From: Antedon mediterranea
Lineage: Eukaryota; Animalia; Echinodermata
Assembly (NCBI RefSeq): GCF_964355755.1
Contig: NC_092675.1
Location: 6,753,812 to 6,817,811, forward strand
Length of the DNA: 64,000 nucleotides
Direction: 5' to 3'
Shown here: piece by piece, positions 1-12,536 of the stretch
Layout: every line of letters starts with the position of its first letter
How positions within the stretch are numbered: the first letter of the stretch is position 1
Translations under genes and position numbers: made by a program
The notes under the pieces: model-generated
The model's input: the letters and a program-made list of their open reading frames with translations, nothing else
Database searches by the model: none
What the model was told of the DNA's origin: nothing

Positions 1-88
1 AAAACACAGTATCGGAAGTACAGGGTTAAAAGGTCAAACTGGGCGACGCCATTTCACAGCATGGAGCAGCGCCCCCTCCAAACTAGGA

Positions 89-256
89 AGTCAATTACTC
101 TACCCCCCTAGAGTATTAGCAGATCCCCTCTATGATTTTGACTTTCTAATTTGATGCGGGCGCCCTACTCCTCAGTCAATTACTCTATCCCCCTAGAGTA
201 TTAGCAGATCCCCTCTATGGTTTTGACTTTCTAATTTGATGCGGGCGCCCTACTCC
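89..256. repeat. Two tandem copies of an ~85-bp unit
   Basis: AGTCAATTACTCTAYCCCCCTAGAGTATTAGCAGATCCCCTCTATG...GCGCCCTACTCC starts at 89 and 174. Confidence 0.9.
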
Positions 257-698
257 ATGGCTCACAATGGCGCCACCCATAGCTCTATTCTATCCCACAA
301 TGCCTTTCGAAATTGTTACGCGCTTCGGACGAACAGGAGATTCTTGTGTTATAAGTTCTTTGATACCACGTACACAGTTATTATAGTATAGAAAGTTTCT
401 CAAAACAACGTTGTCTTTCAAATTCAAATGTTCTGTTTATTGGACAATTATAATTATTGGGATTATCTTTCACATAAACATATAAACTATATTAAAATGT
501 TCTCAATATTGTTACAGTTCCCCTGAAAAACTCTGTATAACATAGTCAGAATCAAAAGAAAATGTTTATTATTACTGTAAAAAATTCAATACAAATTGAA
601 ATAAAAATTGGATGAGCTCATAAAGAGAAGAACTTATTCGTATATTATTTCATATTCACTATTGATTTTGTTGGTTTACTTGATATTGTTGTTTTTAG

Positions 699-3600
699 TC
701 TCTGTATGGCTACAATGCTTCTAACATCCATATGATTGGCCACAATCTTGGCGCGCATATAATGGGATACGCGGGAGAAAGGCAGACGAGTCCAAAGATT
801 GGAAGAATCACTGGTAAATAAACCTTTTTCTAGTCTATGAGCGCCTTCCAGGAGGCTATGTTTGAATAACGCAGCTTCTAAGGTCTATCTCATAAACATA
901 ACGGTACGTTCCGCAAGACAAACCAAATTTTCTTGGATTGGCCACTCCTAGATTACAATTATCAGTGACAAATGCACTAAAGTTACATATGGTAAAATTC
1001 CTCTCTCTCTAAAATAAATGGAAACCTTGGAAAAACAACTGATAAAATAACTTGTTTATTACTTTAATATTCATCCAAAATGACATTTAAATTCAGGATT
1101 AGACCCAGCAGGTCCCTATTTTGATGGTACAAACAAAGCCGTACGACTAGATCCAACAGATGCTGAGTTTATTGATGTCATTCACACAGACACAGATCCT
1201 GTATATACTACAGGTATGTTATTACGCTTTACAGAACTGAGTTTGGAACAACTATAAATTGTTACTACTCGGGAGATTTTCGATAAAACTGTCCTCACAC
1301 TAGGCAATCCTGGTTACATCTTGCATTTGTTGGAGGTGTGAAAAGGGTATAAGTTAAAAATTCAGATAAATTAAAATAGCAGAAAGTGTTAGTTGGAAAC
1401 ATTAATAAAGTAAATAATGTAGGCATAAATAATTCTGGGGCTCTTAATTGCAGGTGTGAAAAGACTATAATGGTTGAAACACAATAGATCGATAACTGCA
1501 ACGGTTTCTTAAACGTATAGACTACACTGATTTTATTGGGGTACCCGGAATGACTCTAATCAGTAACGAATTATTTGCCAATTCATAAAATAATAACATA
1601 ATTTTGAGAAAGAAGGCTTTACTTCATTAAACTTGGTTCTACAAGAAGGAGTGTTTAGTATACCTTTTCCCTTTAATATTTAAATTACAATCATTTTCTT
1701 TGCAGGAATGGGCATATATATGCCTGTAGGACACATGGACTTTTATCCAAACGGTGGCAGACAACAACCCGGATGCGATCGTGGATTGTTTGAACAAATC
1801 GTCCTAGAGGGTGAACTCTATCAAGGTAATTTTAACAAAATACAAGTTGATTATTAATGCATTGTCTATAATAGTGTTTTCTAATGACAGAAACGGCAAT
1901 TTAAATTGCGCCCTCTACATCGTCACACAAAAATGTTCTTATGTGCTGCGCCCTCTACATCGTCACACAAATCTGGTTTCTTAAGGCTAAACGTATCTAA
2001 CAACAACTAAATCCAATTAAATCATCAGTTATGGGTTATTTTATTTATAGGTGGAGTAGAATACGGATTTTGTGATCATTATCGGGCAATTGACATTTAC
2101 CAGGATTCTATCAATAGTAAAGATATATTTACCGCCTTCGATAGTAAAACTTACGGCTACGGAAAAGCAGCGCATCAAGCCTTTGAGGATGGTGACATCT
2201 TTGACCAAAATTCTAAAGTTGAGATGGGACATTATGCTGACGTACACTTCACTCCTGGTGACAATAGCAGAATATTTTATTCTGCTACTAGAGGAGACGC
2301 ACCATTTGCCGGTAAAACTTGTGGTGTTGAAATTTCATACACTTTTAGCCAATTACAGGATGAACACAGATAATTATATCGTGCTTAAATAAAGTCTCAT
2401 ATGAGGCGTAGAGGGTAGTTTTAGGGCAGGATTGAACCATGACCTTGGAGAAACAATCACGTTAACCAAAGCTGGAGCTCCACATTATTCTTACGAAATT
2501 AATCACAATCAACACCATACAGTTCTGTCTACACTGATGATGTCATATCACTACCATAATATTTAGGCATATCATCACTACCATATATGGTCACATCACT
2601 TGTTGTCAAACTAGTTTTATTGTGTAGACAGAGCTTAAGATCATCATCATTGTCATCTTCAAGTATGAAAACAAGCTCTCCTTCTCGACTCTTTCCATCC
2701 CTCCCACGGGACATTGTCTAATAAACATTATTAATCTTAAAAAAATAATTATAACAATATTACAACTCATATTTTTAAGGGTTTCAGTACCATTTTGACG
2801 TTTACATTGACGATCCAGGATGGTGGAAGGGAGACAGTGAGAAGGGCACCATATTCATTACTCTTATAGGGTCAGACGCAACTACCAATCGTATTCAGCT
2901 TACACGGTAAGCAATGCATAAATAAACAGATCGTAAGAGACTGACAAAGATGAATAGAACATGAAAAGTAATAATGAATAAACATAATAAATGTTGATTA
3001 TAAAAACCTGGTGAATATAAAAAAGAAGATGAATATAATAGTAGTATGCATATAATTTCGAATATTAATAATTCAAATTGTCACTTTAATAATCAATATT
3101 ATAAATTACAATTTTTTTTCATTTCACCTTATTTAATAAGGGTGACCCTAAACAGCGTATGCTGACAATCAAGGGGCCCTCTTGATGAGTGTGACAGTGG
3201 CTGTGTGCATACTAGTAAACTGGGGTAACCCCCTACTCGTCTTGAAAGACGTACTAGGTTCTTTAAAGTGCACATGAGCCAGATGTGTACACTGGACCTA
3301 CGGTTTATAGTCCTTATCCGAGAAGACTCGTTCTACCACCAGAACAATGGAGCGAGTGAGGCTCGAAAACTTGTCGATGTTAGTATGGCAAGGTATTACG
3401 GTTCCACTTTCATAACCGCTTATCACTCACTTGCTCGGTGAAATAGGCGTATTATCATTATTTTGGTGACGTTATCTCTTGACTTCTTGTGTAAAACGTT
3501 GCGAATCAAACTGCACAAACTTTTATTTATACTCCTATCAGCATATAAATATTGGTTTGCATTCATAAACTATTATTATGATGATTACAGCATATTCATT

Positions 3601-4256
3601 GTTAACTGTAATTTATTTCAGTGATTCGTTGTACATCACACCAAATGAACACATCAAAGTTGTTGCTATGGCTGACATAGATCCGGGTAAATTATCTGGT
3701 CTTTACTTTGAATGGGAATATGATCCTGATTGGTACAAACCATGGGATTGGGATTTGTGGACCAATCCCGAAATCTACGTCCACAAAATTGAAATTAAAT
3801 CAGGTGATATAGGAGACAGGTATGTGAACCTCTTAATCATTATTATACAGTAAAATCTGTAGCATTGTGACAATTTCAATTACACAATTTCTGTAATTAT
3901 ATTTACAGTGGTGAATAGAAAAAAAACCCTGTATGCTAAATGTATATCTAGTTTCCAGGATCTACAATAGTTATTATTTATACACAATGTAACTTTAACA
4001 ATGAACTTAGTTAGTAAGCCTACTCAAATAAAATATTTCAAATCTGTCATTTATTAGATGATTTATAGATATAATATATAGATATAATTGTATCATATTT
4101 TTAAACTTAATAACAGTAATGATACATTTGAATTGATTAAACACAAATGTGTTTATTATTTCGTTTTCTTTTAGTTACATTATGTGTAGCAGTGACGAAG
4201 AGATTGAAGCCAACACCGACATACGGGCATTTTTCTCAATGTCTGATTGCAAGTAA
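699..4256 (+). CDS. Pancreatic lipase-related protein L1 (5'-partial), catalytic Ser replaced by Asn (GHNLG); lipase + PLAT domains
   Basis: Exons 699-813, 1097-1213, 1706-1825, 2051-2311, 2780-2906, 3622-3819, 4175-4256 (TAA); all GT-AG and phase-compatible. Motifs [54 protein letters not shown] and PLAT ([13 protein letters not shown]). The first two exons are not in the window. Confidence 0.93.
1907..1971. repeat. 25-bp direct repeat, two copies 40 bp apart
   Basis: TGCGCCCTCTACATCGTCACACAAA at 1907 and 1947. Confidence 0.85.
3130..3435 (-). mobile_element. Degenerate SINE-like interspersed repeat
   Basis: GC-richer block in an L1 intron with ACGGTTTATAGTCCTTATCCGAGAAGACT and a degenerate reverse-strand B-box-like segment near 3356-3367. 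Recognised from memory of invertebrate SINE bodies, not verified. Confidence 0.45.
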
Positions 4257-5534
4257 ACAAATGACGTCATTTATATCAAGAGTTGACCACGTGATATATA
4301 ATATAAGTAGATTATAATGGTAATTATACCAAAGATAATATAAAAAAATATCCTGTTTTACACTGATACACTACATAGACCAACTTTAACTTGGTTACTA
4401 TGAATATTTTTTAAATAATTTTATGAAATAATAGAAATAGACACATCCAAATCTCAGGTTTAGAAGCTTTGGTGGACCAATAATAATTTAATATAACGTC
4501 AGGGAAGATCATTCTTCCCTGATAAAACTAAGTTTACTGTGGCCTTATTTAGAACTCATAACTCAAATAGTCTCAAAATTATGATATGATTGTTGGAACT
4601 AATACTTCATAGCTTACAACGTAAGAAAAATAAAGCAAATACATAAAACTATAAAGATTTCCTGTTCATTTTTTTTAACGTACGCAGTTATATCAGCATG
4701 AAGAAGCATTCACTTAAAAACAAATTTTGTTTCGTTTTTTTCAATAGTTTGGATAGCACCAGGCCTTGCTTCGATTATATCTAGTACATATGTCTATAAA
4801 AGCTTGGTTCTCACCAGGACGCAACGCAAAGACGCAAGTGCAGCACAAACACACATTACTTACGTAGCGATGCGGCGCCATAGTGGGAACTAAGCTTTAT
4901 TAATACAACGTATTAAAAAAATAATTCAGCTTACGCTTGGTGAATTTGGATTTAAAGCGTGGTTACCACTAGCGACGCAATGTAACGCAATCTACGCAAC
5001 GTAAGCAAATGCCCTTCTAATAATTGTGTTTGCCTCCGCCTGCGTGAAATCAAACCTGCGATGTTTGCAGCACTATTGCGTCGTTGGTTCCCACTTGTGA
5101 TTACGCAATACAACACTTTGCGTCGATATGTCGCTGCGTTGCGTTCTTGTGGGAACCACGCTTGAGCAAGCACAACTAACTGGTACTGCATGTTTACTGA
5201 AAGCCATACATTTGTTTGGTTTTTAAGGCCTAAATTGTTATCTTGTTTGTATGACAAACGGACACTAAAATCTTGATGCTTTCTGATGTGAAATTTCAGT
5301 AGAAAATCCAGATGTGTTAATGTAGTGATAATGAAGTGATTAGCACTACACGTACACCCAATGTTAGGAATAGAAAGTAAACAACAACATCTGACCACAT
5401 ATGCTTAAACTAATTAAATTATCAATATTTAACTAAATAATATGCTTTTATAAAGTTAACTTGTTTACTACGGTATAAATGTTACATTTTAGTTTGTATA
5501 ATAATAGTATATACATACATACATGCGGTTGAGG

Positions 5535-5700
5535 TAGATAATTAAACTTTTATTCACAACACAACAAAGAGAAGAAAATGTTTACCTGAAATGTTCGTCA
5601 GCTGAAGCTGAAGACTTCATCCGCGGAATGAGCCGTTTCTCGCTGTTGGACGAAAATGTTTTTCATTTTATTGTGTTGTGATCAAAAGTTTAATTATCTA
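5535..5700. repeat. Inverted-repeat (MITE-like) element
   Basis: TAGATAATTAAACTTTTATTCACAACACAA ... TTGTGTTGTGATCAAAAGTTTAATTATCTA. Confidence 0.65.
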
Positions 5701-5935
5701 TAATACACCAACACAGATGAGTCTTCATGCTAATACATATATATTAATAAATATTATTGGCCCATACAACAGGCCAATATAAACTAGAGATCCGATAAAT
5801 TCACTTTGTTCCAGCTCAAGTAGGCTTAATAGACATATGAAACGCACCAAAATGTTTAACTTCTTACTAATCGCTGTACATTATTGTTAAGAAAATAGGG
5901 AACTTTCGATTTGTCGGAAATCGAAAGCTCTATAA

Positions 5936-6138
5936 TGCGTGGTTCCCACTAGTGATGCAACGTAACGCAACGACGTATTGACGCAAATTTATGTATTGCG
6001 TAATCACAAGTGAGAACCGACGACGCAACAGTGCTGCAAACATCGCAGGTTTGATTTCACGCAGGCGGGGACAAACACAATTATTGGAAGGGCATTTTCT
6101 TACGTTGCGTAGGTTGCGTCGCTAGTGAGAACCAAGCT
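5936..6138. mobile_element. Harbinger-like MITE family 2 (TIR AGCKTGGTTCCCACTAG); other copies 4801-4896, 4956-5162 (opposite orientation), ~35479-35680
   Basis: Terminal inverted repeats, TAA on both flanks at this copy, internal ACGCAACG repeats shared between copies. Confidence 0.75.
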
Positions 6139-6431
6139 TAATGTCGGCAACCTTAAGATACACACATTTTATCATAATACCGCCAATTACTTGATATATA
6201 CTAAAACAAGTCGCAATCAAATTAGTGAAGAGAGATACTGGCGGATTTTATCATGAAATATGTGAAGGCAATTTATAGATAACACATCCTTTTCAGTAAC
6301 TTACTATAGAACCATACGTTACAAATCATTCACTTTCACACGTATGTGCGTAATAAAACTGATTCTTAACACGGCTATCCTGACTCAAGATAGCTTTGAT
6401 CTTATAGACAGTTGATAGTATAGGTGTCAAC

Positions 6432-6692
6432 ATGGCGTCAAAATCAGGAGTAATTCTGAGCATTTTGCTGCTTTCCACAGTTCAATGCGTCACTGGTTTT
6501 AAACCTCTACGTGATTGGATATTTGGTGAGTTTTTATTTTTTTTAAAGTAATGTTATATTCTTAAATAGGCTTCCTCAAGAAAACGATCTTATATCATTA
6601 CATTATTGTTGGAACAAAATCAATAATAGTAGAATCGGTATTGCCTAAACTCATCAATCAAATCAAATAATGTTATATTAGTGTAAATTGAT

Positions 6693-6723
<31 letters not shown>

Positions 6724-8499
6724 GCGGTTCTTCGCTATACTAAACAAAATAGTTTCAATTTTATTATTAATTATGTAGGCAATATAATCATAATATACAA
6801 TTCCATATCATCCACCTTATAAGTGCTGTTATACACCAATAAAGGTATACCGATTATCAGTGTATTTTCTTGTAGGCAAATCTACAATCGTCTGCTACAG
6901 TGATATCGGGTGTTTCGATAAAGGACCGCCATTTTATGATGTACCGGATCGTCCTATAAGTTACCTCCCTGATACTAGAGACCAAGTTGGCACAACTTTT
7001 CTTTTAAACACCCGAAAGAACCCAACCCACCACCAAGAACTAAAAACCAAGGATTTATCGACCATTACAAACTCATTCTTTAATCCCGCCTTGGGGACAA
7101 AGATTATGACCCATGGGTTTTTGGAGTCCGGAAACGTTTGGTGGCTAGAAGATATGAAGACAGAATTTCTGAATAACGATGATTTTAATGTTATAAGAGT
7201 TGGCTGGGCTCCCGGAGCACGTGAATTATACGGGCAAGCAAGTGCCAACACTCGAATTGTTGGTGCTGAAATATCATTTCTATTGGACAAGTTAAAGGTA
7301 ACGCAATATTTATTATACAATGTTTTGTTTTTGTGTTGAGTTTTAATGAAACGACAGGAATATAATGTCATTCAACGCTGTTAATAGAAAACATTGTTTG
7401 CTCAGAAGATATCCCTTTATAATTTTACTGTATGCGTTTCTGAGTTCAATAAATGTAAAACTATAATGTATTGGCATTGGTATATTGCACAGGAATTGTA
7501 TGGCTACACCGCTGATAAAGTCCACGTGATCGGACACAGTCTTGGCGCTCACGTCGCAAGTTACGTAGGAGAGGAGCAAACTAATCCTAAACTAGGACGA
7601 ATTACAGGTATAATTAAAATATATGTTAAGAAACCCATATTCTGGGAAAACCTCTTTTAAGGGGACAATTGTTGGGTCCCGAATCGGAAGATGTCTCCTT
7701 GATAGTGTTCTAAGTCTGCTTTATTATTCATATAAGCTTACCTGTGAATTCACATGTTCCTCGTAACCATATATCTAGACATGCACTGCCATGCCTAAAG
7801 GGTCTTCCACACCTGTTACGACACTGTTCCGGTACGACGAATCGAATGCCAATGTTTCGTTTTTACTATGCGCCAATCGATATGCGCGTAGCCGCGTAAA
7901 AACGAAACATTGACGTTCGATTGGATTTTCCGTCGCCGGACCGGAACCGTGCCGGAGCAGGTGTGAAAGGGCCATTATTGAAGTTGTCATTATAGCCTAT
8001 ACTATGAATATATACTATAATAGTACAGAGTTGTACAGCAAAGTTTTACCTAACCCGAACATGTTTAATGGAGTAATGTACTTAGACTTAGGCCCGAATA
8101 TACAAAACAGCAATTGACATTATTATTATTATCTGTTTATTCAGGAATGGATCCAGCAGGACCCTATTTCGAAGGCATGGATATCATTGTTCGTCTGGAT
8201 CCATCCGATGCGACGTTTGTTGATATTATTCACACTGACACAGATCCGATCTATACATTTGGTAAAATAAAAGGCTCATATGAATCACAAGATACATATC
8301 CGACGTCATATGATGAAAATAAGCCTACGAGTGGTGTCAGTATAATAAATGCTGAAATAAAGAAAAAGATAGAAAGAAAAACAAAGACATGCATACGTTT
8401 TTGTTGAACGAAAAATGAATACTGTAAAACCCAACATTTTCGCGCGTCCTTTATTTTCGCGACTTTCGCAATTGAACAACGATCGCGAAAATAAAGGAC

Positions 8500-8541
<42 letters not shown>

Positions 8542-11500
8542 GGATTTTTATAGCGCACATACCACTCAAGAGTGCTCAAGGCGCATTCAAAAAAATAAAA
8601 CAAATATTACAAATGCCCGACAAATAAAATGCAATTTCTTTGGAGGGTCCCCATCCGTTCTCGTTCTGTCGCGGTCCCGGACCCCTACCTAGGTGACCAA
8701 ACAAAGGAACAGGATACACATTTGCCTTGCCACAGACGACCGGAAAATCGCGCGGAAAATCGCGAAATTCCCAACGATGTTGTTCACAGTCGATCATGCC
8801 TAGGCTTAGTTAGCCTGGGCTTAAAAATAAATCGCGAAAATTTAGGGCCGCGAACATTTTGGGCTTTACAGTAACCAGGAAGACACGACTTCCCAATAAA
8901 GTCTCTATTTTGGCATTAGTTTTACTTTCATGTATATTCTAATTAAATTATAAACATTATTTGTCTGAATTAGGATACGGAATATATGTACCGGTTGGAC
9001 ACATGGACTTTTACCCAAATGGAGGGTTCGAGCAGGTTGGCTGTGATCAGGGTATTATATCTAATCTTATCACAGAGGGCGGTGTGTACGATGGTAAGTT
9101 AGAGTACAATGGAAAATAATAAAATAATATCGTGTTGTTAGATGATTTCGAAATTATTACCAAAAAGACTACAAGCCCACTATTCTAAATGATTATAGAT
9201 TAAATTTACACGAAAGAAATATTAGTAAGTGTAATTTGCTCAAATATCGTAGTGATATGACGTCATCGTGTCCATATATGGGCACATCACATTGTTTGAT
9301 AGTGCAGACAGAGATTTATACCGTATACAATATGAATAGGGTATATAAATTGTATCTGATTTCTTTATATTTAAAGTTGACATAATTATGCTTATAGTGT
9401 ATTTATTATAATTACAGTTTGAATTCTATTCTGTGTCGGAAGATGAAAAACGTCACCTCGGCTTTTGCTTTGTTGATGTTTATATGTTTGTTTTGAAATA
9501 AATACAATTAATGTTATGTTAAATATTACAGCCGGTGTTCAGTACGTGGCCTGCAACCATATGCGTTCATACGAATACTTCATCGAGTCAATCAACACAA
9601 AGTGTCCATTCAGGGCGTACGAATGTACCCATAGAGGTTATGGGAAAGACGGTTACAAGTACTTCTCCCGTGGCGAGTGCTTCGATGGAAGTGAAGGAGT
9701 TAGACTAGGCTTCGATTCAATTAAACACAAACCTGCTGATGGTGTAAACAATGTCATATATTATTTGGAGACTAACGATAAATCATCATACTGTGGTAAG
9801 AATATTGACAAATAAATACTAATATTCAATTTAACGAGAAAATAGTTAACTACGGCAATAAATAAATAACATTGCACATAATAAACATCGTCTAATTCGG
9901 TTTCTTCCAATTTCAAAATTGATTTCATAGTTCTGGACCCCAATGATATTAAGTATTTTACTTTTTTGGGGATATCCATTTAACTCGAGTCTTACAATTG
10001 TTTTTAATGTTTATATTGTATGTATTTATGTGACTCTGGTTAATAAATAAATTCAATCACTCAATGGTTAAACTATATCATTTTATGTACAGTTGAAATG
10101 TATTATTACGTATGCCTATTCTTTATCATAATTATACCAGCAAGGCTGCGTTTGTTTAATGTAAACAAGGCCATATACATGGCTGCAGTCGCGTGCTCAA
10201 GTTAGTGTTTACCGACCAACCGACCGACCGACCGACATAGTGAGTTGTAGATATTATAAAAATATACGAGTTGGAAAACAATTTTGCTCGAGTTTCAAAA
10301 ACATACATACTTTTTTTAAATGTTTTTTAGGGTATAATTTCAAGTTTGAAGTGTTCATAGACGATCCTGGTTGGATGAAAGGTAGTACCGAAAAGGGCAA
10401 GCTTTTTGTGACACTCATGGGGTACAATACTCAATCAAAGCGGATTGCGTTAACAAAGTAAGACGACTAATTGTTATTTTAAATTATTCTGGGGCCCTTT
10501 GAAATTTGCACAGAGCCCTAACAGGGAAAAGGATACCCGACAAAACAAATGTGATGTGCCCATATATGGGCATGATGATGTCATATCACTACCATGTTTG
10601 GGCATATCACTAATGTACCATATTTGGGCATATCACACTTTTTTGTCACATAAAGTTTGATAGTATAGACAGAGCGTAACCATTAGGTAGCTTAACTACT
10701 TAACGTGTGTTTCCTATTGTCTATAAGTATTTTTGGGTCGGTGTAAAATAATCTACACATACTAAGCCCAGGATTGGTTTAAGCTAATCTAGAATCTTGT
10801 TAATCTCTTATTTTGATACTCGTATTTTAATATATATATATAGGAATTCCGAGTCATTTATACCTGGAGCACTGAGCACATACATAGCCGCGTCTGACGC
10901 AGACCCTGGTACCCTGTCTGGAATTCTGTTTGAGTGGGAATACGACCCAGACTGGTACAAGCCCTGGGATTGGGATATTTGGACCAACCCGGAGATATAC
11001 GTACACAAGATTGTTATCACTGATGGAGAGGATTCTAGCAGGTATGATTTAGTATAGTATTAGTATACACGTTCAAACAAATTGTATACACATTTTGTTA
11101 CGTTTTATCAGAAAAAAAAGATATTTGTCCTACTCTGACGTAATTTGCACTTTTTACTAAGTACATTGAGAATACTTGCGCTTTGCTACTCTACAGTAGT
11201 TACAAACAATTACAGACATGTTGGTGCAGTACCCGCTCAAATATAACCCCTAGTGATCTGGAAGTATTCTCAATGTACTTACAGTAGTCTAAAGTACAAA
11301 TTACGTCAGAGTAGGGCAAAACATCTGACCAATTACTCAACACCCTGACGCAAAGCTACTCCACAGTAGTTACAAACAATTACAAGAAAAACAGGTTGAA
11401 AATATAAAGAAACATTAGAGAACAATAAGAGCAATTTGTTGCTGAAATGATGTAACAGTTAAATTGATATCAAATGTCAAGAACTCCTTATAAATTCCCT

Positions 11501-11864
11501 TATGTTCTAAAATGTTCATGTTACTATAATTATGTAGGTTAGTGAATGGTGATGTATTACATAAATCATGATATTTATTCTTTAAGCAGCAGTACCTAAA
11601 CGCAACTACTTTGCAATGAGATAATTATCGATTTAAAAAGCAGGGAAAAAAACTCCAAGCCACGCCACCAAATAATTATGAATTTAAAGATAAATCTAGT
11701 GAGAGTGAAATAAGTCACACCTTGTTACTGTTTTACAACCATTTATGAGTAAATCATTTATTTTCTTTTTTCATATCAGTGTTACCATGTGTGGGGCTAG
11801 GGGAGACAAAATCAAGGCAAATGAAGACACTGCTGCCATGTTTCCAGTCAATAACTGTGACTAA
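6432..11864 (+). CDS. Pancreatic lipase-related protein L2, intact Ser-Asp-His triad, 513 aa, signal peptide
   Basis: Exons 6432-6525, 6876-7297, 7493-7607, 8145-8261, 8974-9093, 9532-9795, 10331-10457, 10844-11041, 11780-11864 (sum 1542 nt). [14 protein letters not shown] signal; VCYSDIGCF; HGF; GHSLG; GMDPAGPYF; ACNHMRS; PLAT domain. Confidence 0.95.
6694..6722. repeat. (TCAA)7 microsatellite
   Basis: Direct reading. Confidence 0.9.
7799..7975. mobile_element. Small MITE (TIR ~AGGGYCTTYCACACCTG)
   Basis: AGGGTCTTCCACACCTG...CAGGTGTGAAAGGGCCA inverted ends; GC-rich body in AT-rich intron 3 of L2. Confidence 0.55.
8422..8871. mobile_element. TA-flanked Tc1/mariner-type MITE carrying an inverted retroposon 3' end with an (AAT)n tail
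   Basis: TA|CTGTAAAACCCAACATTTTCGCG ... CGCGAACATTTTGGGCTTTACAG|TA. Internal (AAT)13 at 8501-8539 followed by AGGATTTTTATAGCGC, the reverse complement of an L2-like tail. Confidence 0.65.
11120..11325. repeat. Palindromic MITE-like element with ~60-bp arms
   Basis: TTTGTCCTACTCTGACGTAATTTGCACTTT..AAGTACATTGAGAATACTT versus AAGTATTCTCAATGTACTT..AAAGTACAAATTACGTCAGAGTAGGGCAAA. Confidence 0.7.
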
Positions 11865-12536
11865 GTGTCCCTTGATGTGTGAAGGCAGATACAAAGAGAA
11901 ATAGCCTAACGTAAAACAACACAATGATATATAATATATCTATTTTAAATATACAATTTCAATTTTAATTCCCGTCATGCTAAATGTAATCGATTAGCCA
12001 TTAATGCACACAAGTTTGAAAATGTTTTAATATCAGATTTATTTTAGTCCTAATTATGAAATAATATATTATGATGATGACGGCTTTGACGATATTAAAT
12101 ATAATACATTAGTCAAAGCAAAGATGTTTTTATCTATTTATTAAGTTGTGTTGAGTGAACAGGTAAAACATTCTGTTGTTTCATATACGTTACACAGGCA
12201 GAGCTCGAGAGACTTATGGGGGAGGGGGGCAGGGGAGAGAAAAATACATACACGCGAACTGTTCAATCAAGCTTACTTACATGCAGGCCGAAACCAAATA
12301 GTTTTGCTACGAGAAAATGACATATGGTAAAAGATAGTATATCTATCCATAAATTGTTTCAATAAACGTAAAAACAGATAACATTTGTGGTTAATAGGTC
12401 TAAGCGTGTATCACGCAAAATGTTGATTACACAATGATAAGGTCGGTAAGCGTAAAGGTATTTAAATAGCAGATAACTAATGTGTTCCAATTGTATTACA
12501 AATACGTACACGATTCCCGAGTCTGTAATTGCAAAA

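Noticed and set aside
4952-5398. 148-aa minus-strand ORF
   Set aside because: Runs through a MITE; no recognisable domain or splice context.
5575-5660. Possible hammerhead cores (CTGAAGA on +, CTGACGA on -); also CTGATGA at ~14298
   Set aside because: No correctly placed GAAA after a stem II.
6170-6290. GATA motifs upstream of L2 (also upstream of the PLAT-only gene and L3) as a gut-expression signature
   Set aside because: WGATAA is frequent by chance in such AT-rich DNA; needs an enrichment test.
6961-7371. Minus-strand ORFs overlapping lipase exons (also 10808, 27509, 31486, 60091)
   Set aside because: Antisense shadows of real coding exons with no independent motifs.
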